From Hormiphora californensis (lineage: Eukaryota > Animalia > Ctenophora): a stretch of DNA of 64,000 nt. The stretch spans positions 8,723,341 through 8,787,340 of the forward strand of contig CM035354.1 of the NCBI GenBank assembly GCA_020137815.1, given 5' to 3'. The notes beneath the pieces are model-generated. The model had not been told where the DNA came from and did not search any database. It saw only the letters and a program-made list of their open reading frames with translations. This document shows, one piece after another, positions 52,733 to 64,000 of the stretch; position 1 is the stretch's first letter; each line of letters opens with the position of its first letter. The position numbers and the translations under genes were made by a program.

Positions 52733-55424
52733 TTCTCTACACCATATTTAGAAAAGATAGAAGTGAAATCGACAAAAATAAGTATGGTAAAAAAGGGGGC
52801 GGTGGAGTAATGATATTATGTAAAAACCATAGTGATATACAGTACTCTGCTATTATGGAGCAAACTGACCTACCAATAGTTAGTATTCTAGTTAAGCCTA
52901 AGAAAGGACCTAAGTTATGCATCTCGACCTATTACAGATACGACTATTCCGACTGTGAATCCAACAGTCAAGCTGAAACGTATTATAAAGTTCTCTCGAA
53001 GCGATATAATTCCCTTACAATAATAGGCGACCTCAATCTTAGCTCTATAAAAAACTGGGATTTGCCTTCATCCAATGTTGGCAGACAATCTAGTTTCCTT
53101 GAAATCGTAAGTAACCTTGGTATGGTATCCCTGATAAACTCTCCTACGCATCGTTCAGGAAATATCCTAGACCTCATTCTTACAAATAGACCTAGCATAT
53201 ATAATCAAGTTAAAGTTGAACAGGATCTATTAGTTAAATCTGATCATAGCACAATTAAATGTACGATCAATTTAGGAGTCTCCATGAAAAATACTGCCAA
53301 GTTTAGAAAATTTTCATATAAGAAAGCAAACTGGGATCGGATTAACCAAGATCTGAACTCATGCAATGTGTCTCTTGTCTCAAATCAAAACTAGACATTA
53401 TCCTAAAAAGGTACGTTCCTATGGTCACTGTTAAACCCTCCTCTCGTCCACCCTGGTTCGATGAAGACCTAAAAGCTCTCCGAAAATCTGTAGAAAGAGC
53501 CCGCAAGCTTCATCTTAAGCATCCTGACGATATCACCTTAAACGACGAATACGTATCCCTGGCTGACAATTACAAACTCTCTGTAGAAGACAAAAGAGCT
53601 AGTTACTATACAGACGAGGAAATGAACGACAGTAATACTATAACTAAAAAGTTCTACAAGTATCTTAAATCTTTAGTAGGGAGCACTAGAATTCCCGATT
53701 CTGTTAGTGACAATAACAACTCTTCCTGTAGAACTTCTGAAAAATGTAACATGTTCAACAACTTCTTCTGTGCTCAATTTTCTGATATTAGTAGTTACAA
53801 TACAGTAATCGATCCTAACAGGAACCACGTAAATGACTGTAATAATCTTCTATTTAGAGAGGAGGATGTTCAAAAAATCCTCAAGGATATAAACCCCTCC
53901 AAAGCAACTGGTCCTGACAATATAGACGGTATTGTTCTTAAAAAATGTTCTTCAGTCCTAGCTCGCCCTCTTGCATACATCTATAATCTCTCATACCATT
54001 CCAGTTATTTGCCATCAGAATGGAAAGAGGCAAATGTAGTGCCAGTCCACAAGAAAGGGGACAAGTCTCTAGTTAAAAATTATCGGCCTATATCTCTAAC
54101 CTGCCTAGTAATGAAGGTATTTGAAAGACTTATTAGGGACAAGCTCTTCCTTATTTGCCAAGATAAAATTTCTCCTCATCAACATGGCTTTGTACCTAAT
54201 AAATCATGCTGTACCCAGATGATTGAATTCACTGACAGCCTCGCCTACAATATAAATAACCATCTTCAGACTGATATCGTATATTTTGATTTTGCTAAGG
54301 CCTTTGATAGTGTTAATCATGATGTAATTATAGATAAACTCCGAGATCATTACAATATTAATGGGAAAATGTTAAGTTTCATTATAGAATATCTTAGGGA
54401 TAGAAAACAGCGGGTAGTTATAGATAGTATATCCTCTGAATGGGCACCAGTACATTCTGGGGTGCCTCAAGGATCCATTTTAGGACCACTTCTTTTTGTC
54501 TTATTTATTAATGATATCACTAGTGTAATCAATCAGGGTACCAATAGTAGGCTATATGCTGATGATCTCAAAATATGGAAAAGTGTACACTCTCCCTCAG
54601 ATAGCCTACAATCCGATATCGACAACCTTCACAAATGGTCTATAGAAAACCGCATCTCCTTCCACCCAGCTAAATGTAAATTAATAAGGCTTAATCTAAA
54701 TAGACGTGAAATAGCTCATTCTTACACTCTTGCAGGGGAATTAATTGTTTCAGTTTCCTCTGAGAAAGACCTCGGCATTCTTATTAGTAACCGATTGAGT
54801 TATGAGGAGCACAGAAATTCTATTCTTGCTTCCCAGAGGCAAAAGTTAGGGTTATTAAAGAGGCACAGTAAATTAGCTAGAACACCACCTGAACGGAAGA
54901 CCCTATACTTGTCTCTTGTGCGGTCCTTACTAGAACATTGCTCACAAATCTGGAGACCAACTAGTACAGCTGGGATTGAAAAGCTAGAAAAACTCCAGAA
55001 GCGAGCGATAAAATGGATACTAGATGAAGAAAATTCTAGCTACTCTGAGGTAGAATATTTTTCCAAGCTTGCCAACCTCAACATACCTCCTATTCGTAAT
55101 AAATTCGAGCTTAATGATTTAATGCTTCTGCACAAAATAATATATGGTACCTCCCCAATCGATCTCCCTCCTTATCTCTCGTTCTTTACCCCCTCCCAGA
55201 TAGTAATAAACACTAGGGCCCAATCCAATATGGATTCACTCCACCTGATGACGTCCGAGGTTCCTAGAGTTAACATATTTGAAAATTCCTTCTTCTACCG
55301 TGCCCATAAGCTCTGGAACCTTCTTCCGCTTTCCCTGAGAGCTACTTCTGATCCCATAATTTTCTCTTCTCAATTAAAAAGACATCTTTGGGATAGTTCT
55401 GGGACTGATCAGGGTGTCACTTAG
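52733..55424 (+). pseudogene. 5'-truncated CR1/L2-group LINE ORF2 (APE endonuclease + RT), frameshift near 53370
   Basis: IFRKDR, GGGVM, IGDLN, LDLIL, SDH; YRPISL, DFAKAFD, GVPQGSILGP, YADD, EKDLG. Confidence 0.9.
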
Positions 55425-55598
55425 GTAGTCACTAAATGGGTCTTCTTTTATCGTTCTCATAATATCGAAAGTGTTTCACTTCAGCATTTAACTCGTGCTC
55501 TCTACTCCATTTTGGCGCGATCTCCCGTTAACCGTTTTTATGTATTCTGTCAAGTATCTCTCCTATTGTTCCCATCTGTCTCTCTCAGTCAGTTCAGT

Positions 55599-55727
<129 letters not shown>

Positions 55728-56372
55728 ATTGTCTAACTATTCTTTCAGTTCCTAACTGCTCTCTAATTATTGGCTTGTGTTGAACATGTGATCTCTCCAC
55801 CATTAGCCAATAGCGCTCTCGTGTTATTTACTCTCTCTTGGTCTTGGAAATATTCCAATTATAGCAGAAGCACCATCATAACATTATTACTCATGTTGAT
55901 CATTATCATCGTGCGGCTGCTCATGCTCAAATCTCAATAAAATTAATTACTATTTAATAACTATGATAATACTATAAATATCATATATTCTATAAATTGA
56001 TTTAATATTTCTCTTGATAGGTGTAAGCGCTGTCTACAGCCCTCCGCTATCTGGCTCTATTGTACAGGGAAATTTATCTTTATATCTATATTATGTGTGT
56101 CTATATCTACGCGTGTTTGTGTCCCTGTATTGTAGACCTTTTAGTTTGAAAATCAAATCAAAGTGAAAGTGGAGGGACACTGTCCTCTTTTATAGGAAGA
56201 GAGAGTGAAAGTGAAAGTGAAAGAAGAAGATAGGGATAGTGAAAGTGAAAGAGAAAGATAGAGAGATTGAAAGTGAAACAGAAAGAATCTTTCTGTTTCA
56301 CTTTCAATCTCTCTATCTTTCAAAGATAACGGAATGGAGAGAGAGAGAGTAAAAGTTCCACACTGCAGACTA

Positions 56373-56425
<53 letters not shown>

Positions 56426-56491
56426 TGTGTGTGTGTTGCTATAGTAACCATAGTGGTAGAGAAAAGACAAGCCATCAATCTCTCTCCCCCT

Positions 56492-56585
<94 letters not shown>

Positions 56586-57577
56586 TAACACTGTTACAGT
56601 GTCAAACTGTATGGTTCATTTGTACACATCTGTGGTAATATGTTGGCATGAATAAAAGGGGAAATAAACTGCCAGCCAGCGGGAAATAATTTGCCGCTGG
56701 ACTGGCTGTTTACTGAGAGCGCGCTAGTGGGACTTCTCGCCACTGGCGCACTATTTAAGTTAGCAGGGTATATACAAATACACACCAGTGTTATAGCATA
56801 TGTAGCTCCTACCGGTTGGTGTGGCAACATGAATTAACTGTCAGTCTGAGAGTCGCGCGAGGAGGAGTTCAGAGACAGAGTGAGATATTGAGAGTGGAGA
56901 GATTTTGATTCTGAGAGTTGGAGAGATTTGGAGAGAGATAGTATTTGAGCTAGAGAGAGTAGTAAGAGTGAGAGAGCGTTGGTTAGATAGTGGGAGAGAG
57001 ACCTAGAGAGAGATGAGAATATTTGAGTTCATCAGAGTTCGATTGTGAAGGTCAGAATTTTGTATACCGATTCCCTTTTCTCGTTCCTTTGAAAGTACCG
57101 TTAGTGGCCCCGCATATAACGTGTTTTCGAATTTGTATACCAAAAACATCATTGGAAGGATCCTCCACACCACCACACACGGGGGACAATTGGAATGTAA
57201 TTTGAAGTAATTACATGCAATTAAAATGAAGTCGTAGAAAGGTTTTTAGGGCTCGTTAGAAAGGTCTTGAGGTCGTTTTCATGCTTCCTTGAAGAGAATA
57301 GAAGAAACTATTGGATGGGAGAAAGTTTATCCTGAAAACCATGAAAGTAATTGGAATGTAATTAGAAGTAATAACATGCAATTAAAATGTAATTTAGCCC
57401 CCTGAAGTCTTCTAGGGCTTGAAGTTTTCTAGGGCTCGTTGGAGAGGACGTATAGGGGGTGCGGCAATGGCCGTACCCAAAAGGAGTATGACGCTAAAAC
57501 AGTTAAAATAAGGGGAATTAAACGAGAATTAAACAGTTATAGATCAAGGCATCATGACATACTGCCTACGGAACGTT

Positions 57578-58945
57578 TGGGGACACATTATGGACACGAT
57601 GTGGACACATTGAGGACAGGTTGAGGACACATTGAGGACACATTGAGGACACATTGAGTAACAGTTGCACATCAATCGTGGACACATTAAGGACACATTG
57701 AGGACAGGTTGATGACACGTTGAGGACACGTTGAGGACACATTGTGGACACATTGAGGACACATTGTGGACACATTGAGGACAGGTTGAGGACAGGTTGA
57801 GGACACGTTGTGGACAGGTTGTGGACAGGTTGAGGACAGGTTGAGGACAGGTTGAGGACAGGTTGAGGACACGTTGTGGACAGGTTGTGGACAGGTTGAG
57901 GACAGGTTGAGGACACATTGAGGACAAATTTGGGGTATTAGATTTGGACGCTTCCATTTTTCTCGTGGACACATTAAGGACACATTGAGGACACATTGTG
58001 GACACATTGTGGACACATTGTGGACAGTCTGAGAACACATTGTGAACACATTGTGGACAGGTTGTGGACAGGTTGAGGACAGGTTGAGGACACGTTGTGG
58101 ACCGGTTGTGGACAGGTTGAGGACAGGTTGAGGACACATTGAGGACACATTTGTGACAAATTTGGGGTATTAGATTTGGACGCTTCCATTTTTCTCGTGG
58201 ACACATTGAGGACAGGTTGTGGACAGGTTGAGGACACGTTGAGGACACGTTGTGGACAGGTTGTGGACAGGTTGAGGACAGGTTGAGGACAGGTTGAGGA
58301 CAGGTTGAGGACACGTTGTGGACAGGTTGTGGACAGGTTGAGGACAGGTTGAGGACAGGTTGAGGACACATTGAGGACAAATTTGGGGTATTAGATTTGG
58401 ACGCTTCCATTTTTCTCGTGGACACATTAAGGACACATTGAGGACACATTGTGGACACATTGTGGACACGTTGAAGACACATTGTGGACAGTCTGAGAAC
58501 ACATTGTGAACACATTGTGGACAGGTTGTGGACAGGTTGAGGACAGGTTGAGGACACGGTTGTGGACAGGTTGAGGACAGGTTGACGACACATTGAGGAC
58601 ACATTTGGGACAAATTTGGGGTATTAGATTTGGACGCTTCCATTTTTCTCGTGGACACATTAAGGACACATTGAGGACACATTGAGGACACATTGTGGAC
58701 ACGTTGAGGACACATTGTGGACAGTCTGAGAACACATTGTGGACAGGTTGTGGACAGGTTGAGGACAGGTTGAGGACACATTGAGGACACATTGTGGACA
58801 CGTTGAGGACACATTGTGGACAGTCTGAGAACACATTGTGGACAGGTTGTGGACAGGTTGAGGACAGGTTGAGGACACGTTGTGGACAGGTTGTGGACAG
58901 GTTGAGGACAGTCTGAGGACACATTGTGGACACATTGAGGACACG
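57578..58945. repeat. 11-bp satellite (TTGAGGACACA/TTGTGGACAGG) with a higher-order ~42-bp spacer
   Basis: AAATTTGGGGTATTAGATTTGGACGCTTCCATTTTTCTCGT recurs four times, ~220-235 bp apart. Confidence 0.9.
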
Positions 58946-59164
58946 TTTTGGACCGGAAAATTTTTTTTCTGGAATGAATGACAATGTTCATTCTTGACTT
59001 GTTCGACCCTCCCTCCCCACGCCCCGGTTTGAACAAAACAAGTTCATTCCTATCAAAAAATATGGATTTTGAGCTAGAGGTCTGAAATTTTGGTCAAGTT
59101 ATTTATTTGTCTCATAGAATTACTGGCAGGTCGGTAGAACTTCGACAGAATTTAGGGCAGGTCT

Positions 59165-59275
59165 GAATTTAGGGCAGGTCGAGTCTGAATTTAGGGAAGG
59201 TCTGAATTTAGGGCAGGTCTGAATTTAGGGAAGGTCTGAATTTAGGGAAGGTCTGAATTTAGGGCAGGTATGAAT
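59165..59275 (+). repeat. 17-bp tandem repeat GTCTGAATTTAGGG(C/A)AG after a GGCAGGTCGG TIR-like start
   Basis: Direct reading; the start at ~59146 resembles the MITE end at 23122. Confidence 0.7.
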
Positions 59276-59412
59276 ACTAAGCATGTGAATGTGATTCGGC
59301 GAAGCTTATTAGCGGTGTGAGACGATACGAGATATGGAACATGATTCGGGGAAGCCAATCAGGAGTGTTAGACGATATGAGACACGATTCAGTGAAGGTT
59401 TCTATCGCTTTC

Positions 59413-59836
59413 CATCACAAGACATCACAAGACATCACAAGACATCACAAGACATCACAAGACATCACAAGACACCAAAAGACATCACAAGACATCACAA
59501 GACATCACAAGACATCACTAGACATCAAAAGACATCACAAGACATCACAAGACATCACAAGACATCACAAGACATCACAAGACATCACAAGACATCAAAA
59601 GACATCACAAGACATCACAAGACATCACAAGACAACACAAGACATCACAAGACATCACAAGACATCAAAAGACATCAAAAGACATCACAAGACATCAAAA
59701 GACATCACAAGACATCACAAGACATCACAAGACATCACAAGACATCAAAAGACATCACAAGACATCACAAGACATCACAAGACATCACAAGACATCAAAA
59801 GACATCACAAGACATCACAAGACATCACAAGACATC
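59413..59836 (+). repeat. 10-bp minisatellite (CATCACAAGA)n
   Basis: Direct reading, ~42 units. Confidence 0.95.
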
Positions 59837-62800
59837 GATCCTCAATCATCCAGTAAAGAAGTATAACAGTAGAGCAGGGACATCTCAGGAGCTGTAGTAG
59901 AGATCCTCTCTGTAACTGGTCCGAGTGGGAACTGCCCTCAATGGAAAATTCAGCTTCCTTAAGTATTCCTTTTCGTCGGAATACTCGGCGGGTATTGGAT
60001 TACTCGGCGGGTCCCAGCGGGAAACTCGGCGGGCCAAACATGAGGCCGTTAGTATGGTATCGGGTTACATCATTCACGATTACGACATACGTCGAAATAC
60101 TCGGCGGCTCGGAACGGCAAATGACGAGTTGTCTCAATACCAATGATGCTGGCAAGCTAGTGTAAAATTATAGCACGTTCCGGTACACTCAGTATGTACG
60201 TCCTTCCATCTTCTGTCTTCCGTATCATGCTACATGTCATCTCCCTGTCTTCAAGTCTTCACAGTCCACATCCTCCCTGTCCTTCCTATCCTCCAGCACA
60301 TCCCGCCTCTGTCCTTATGACATGTCTCTGTCATTCATACATCATCATGCAATCATCTCCTTTCTATCCTTCTGTCTCCAACATAGCGTCTCAGTCCCCA
60401 TCTTACTTCTATGATTCCAGACTATCGACATCAGTCCAGTCCTGGTGAGAAAATGCACCTTACAACCAGCAAAACGATCCGACAAAGTTGTTAAGGGACG
60501 AATGCATCAAATTTGTAAAAAATACAAGCTCATTACAATACAAACATAAAATTCATCATGTGACAGTAAAAGAATTAAGCGAAACCAATGAAAAATTCAC
60601 AAGCTATCCTTCACTAATTTTTTAAGGTCTCCTAAGCCCCCAGAAAAGTGTACCCGTGTCGGGAGAACATGGTACATTTCGGTAGGCTAGTGCCATGTGA
60701 AATTACCTTTTCCTTGGGTTGACGTAAAAAGTCATTAAATGTGCATAATGAGGTTTTGGTAGGTACGACATGTCAAAGAAAATTCATGAATTTTAGAGAA
60801 ATTGCGAAATTGCTTTAACAGGACAACATCCCTCATGTAAAATTGCTGTAATGGGGTAGTGGGTTTGCCCGAAAATCTACTCCTGACGAACATCGTTAGG
60901 GGGAATCAGTGCAAATGAGCAGATTTGTATTACGTTTTTTATGAATATGCAATTAGAACTATTCATAATTAAAATTGGACTTGGATCCGGAAAGACTACG
61001 CCGACCAAACATTTGGGGTGCTTGTAAATTCCTCAAACCATTTAATGATATCCTCCAATACCCCAGCCTTGAACTCTATACCTCTAAACCTAGCCCACCT
61101 ATCTCCTTCTGTCCTCCCATCCTCAGCTCCTTACACTGCCATCGTACCCAGTACTTCCTGTCTCCCTTCTCCATTCCTCAGCCCATCCTGCCTGTACTCC
61201 TATCTTCCTACCCCCAACCTACGTCCTCCTGTCCTCCCAAGCCTAGCCTACCTGATCCCTTTTCCTTCTTCCGATCCTTCAGTTCCCTATCCTTCTCGTC
61301 TTATATCCGTCAGTCCTCCTTTACATTCCGTGCGATTAGCGGCCGTGTAATCCCTTGACATCCATTCCCAACTATTCTATCCCCTAAGCCAATAATGACG
61401 CAGTCCACTTAGAAGTCTTCGGCGGGGACCGACGAAATTGACATGTCTTTCCAATGGAAGTTAGACAAATGGTAAACATTCGTGTAATTCTGCAATGGCA
61501 GTAGAAAAAAAACATTACATTTCAATTTTAGATACCTGGCGTAGGCCAAAAGGAGCTCGCAAATGTGTTTTAGGGTAAGATCGGTTCAAATTTTGACAAA
61601 CAATCTTAGTTTTATCCATTGTAATTGTACAGATTTTCAATTTAAAATTTTATGGATTAAAAATTGTAGTCTTTTAATAATGAAAAAATTCCTTGTCCAA
61701 ATGATTTTCCGCAAAATGAGCCTAAGGTATGCTAAAGTGTAAGCTGTAAATTCTAAAATGCAATATTTGGTCCAATTACGCTTGAAGCTTTGACTCAGAT
61801 ACCTGGAAATAAATTCTTCCTTGGAAATTAAAACTGAACTAATTGAACATCGATCTTATGGTAGACTTAAACTTCAAAAATAAATTTATGTTTTTAATTT
61901 TTTCTATACTCATTACATTACCAATCCCAACCTACTGAGACTTAGTCTCGAACCCTAAGACTTGATGCTTATGCTGATTGGTAGCAAGGGATGCCTGACC
62001 CCAGATCACTAGAACGTAACAGTGTTAGTGGACTAACTTTCTGACTGCTTGTCCCTAAACCCGTTTTAAGATAATCATACATGGATAATCTAAAAGGTTT
62101 AAACAAAACTTGGAAGAACAAAACCAATGCTACAACATGAATCAGCGTTAGATACATGATTCGATTTGACTGAAACCGTTAATTGATAAGCCTCCAAATC
62201 TGCAAAATACTAGAACCTCTGATCGATTACACGGTCCAGGACCTAATCTTAGACCCTCCCTGTACCTGCCCAGCGTATCCCACTGGACTTCGAAGGCCTG
62301 ACATATAGGGCTCTGAGCATCCAGTACCCAGGATCTACGGGCTGGACCTGAGTCTGAGACGGTACCTACACTGTCTAAGGTATCAGAGGTACTGAGAGTC
62401 TGGTCTAGGTACTATGCGATCTAGGATAGGGATGGTCGAGATATCAGAGGGATCGACGGTACTTGACGGTGTATAGGAGCCGGGTTACCCTGGACATCAG
62501 ATACGGTCGAGGATAAGTAGGTTGGTACTAGAGGTTAACAAGCTCAGATATTCTAGGGGTATAGGATCGCCACGATACCTACGGACGGTGCCAAGGGGTA
62601 TCTAGGACGGCTAAGTTAATCGTAGAGGACTCTAAGCTTAGAAAACTCAGACTGTCTGATAGGTTCTAAACAAGGTTAGGGCTATCTGGAGGTCAGAGGA
62701 CCTACGATCAGGGGTACTATGAGTAAGAGGCTCTTAGTCTAGTACTAAAAGTTCGTAAGGTCGCCGGTAGACTTGAGTAAGCCACGGTCTTAGGCTTTTA

Positions 62801-64000
62801 GTGAGCCCCTGACTGCCCAACCTACCCTACACAGACTTCAAGCAATTAAGCCACCTAAGATGTCCGAAGTATACTAGCCTAACGAAAATTGGGCTCAAGG
62901 CTTCGTCAATTAGAGTAGCTGAGAGATCGGGGTTCAGGCTAGATTGCGAGTTACTGGAATGGATCTGTCTTTAGAGTTTGAGGTAATATAGCCGTTTTAA
63001 CTTTTTAGATAAGGTCCACCGTTAGAGTTTAGAATCGGTACTCTAGGTTTAGCTATTAGAGTCTTAGTATTACTGAATATCTGGAAATTAGAGTATAGGA
63101 GGTCTGAGGTATCTGGGAGGTCAGAGGGGTCACTAGGGTGGTCGAGGGGTATCTGGATGGTCAGAGGGGTATCTGGGAGGGTAGGGAGGTCAGAGAGGTT
63201 AGTAGGAGATATAGTAGATAAGATATATGGAGGGTGTCTGGGAGGGTTTGTATAGAGGGTCTAGGGTACTGTAGGGTCTGAGGGGATCTGGGAGGGCCAT
63301 ATATTAACATGTTTAGGGTATTTACACTTTTGTACGGCACTAAACGTTTTTGGTCGGGTAAAGTTATTGTTAATTTTTCCGATTAAATTCTTTTTAATTA
63401 TTACTAATTAGCAATTATTCAATTGAAAATGTTCATGAATTAATAAATCGACGTCTCTCTACACACGATGTTTTCGGTCGGAGTAGATCTTTTTCCGGGC
63501 CCGAACCCATCCTACCCCATTAACCATCAAATTTACCTTGCGTGAGCACTAATTATGCTAATTATGCAATTATCTCATAAAATAATCATGAAATTTTAAT
63601 TTTGACATGTTCTACCCCCACTAACCCGTCGATTCTGCACATTTTGATGTCCTCATTTTACTACTTAACCCAAAGGGAAAGAAAGTGTCAATCTTCACCA
63701 TGCGCAGCCACGCCCAACCGGAAATGACCATGTTGCACCCCGCACACCGCGTTACACTTTTCTGGGGGCTTAGTGGAGACCCTTAGGAACACATTAGTGA
63801 AGGAATTAGCTTGTTGCAAATTTTTTCCCATTCATGAGCCTTTGTCCCCTAACTAAAGGAACACTTTTAAGAAGGGGTATTTTGCCCGAGAGTGTCCCTG
63901 AAAAAAGTTTTCTTTCAGAAATCAGTGAAGATGACGTTTCTATGAGCTCCTGATTTTTAAGAAGCGTTGGGAACCTATCTAATGGACATTTAGTGAAAAA

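Noticed and set aside
57544-59897. Long Cys- or His-rich ORFs and a CRISPR-like look
   Set aside because: They derive from 11-bp and 10-bp satellites; the intervening sequence is repetitive, there are no cas genes, and the context is eukaryotic

Overview
Repeat-rich animal genomic DNA, most likely from a ctenophore: it has GT-AG introns and several copies of a motif I recognise as the ctenophore spliced leader (SL), ...CTTTTCAACACTACTTTAAACAAATTAATTTGAG. Bases ~4.5-44.1 kb hold the 3' part of one + strand gene. I reconstructed 11 exons with consistent splice phases (~1,913 aa, N-terminus upstream of the window). It encodes a receptor-type protein tyrosine phosphatase with GCC2/3 (ephrin-receptor-like), Ig-like and Sushi modules, an RRKR site, one TM helix, one PTP domain whose catalytic CX5R arginine is Trp, and a YVNP tail. 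Introns and downstream DNA are packed with nested mobile elements: Kolobok-, Chapaev-, Academ-, MULE-, Harbinger- and pogo-type non-autonomous elements, an intact DD45D Tc1/mariner, a Crypton with a matching non-autonomous copy, CRE and CR1/L2-type LINEs, Penelope-like fragments and satellites. The most unusual signal is a small non-coding, TSD-flanked retro-element family with Penelope-style inverted ends in which the SL is fused directly onto a hammerhead-ribozyme core (CTGATGA...GAAA). All coordinates were read by eye and family names come from motif recognition, not database searches.
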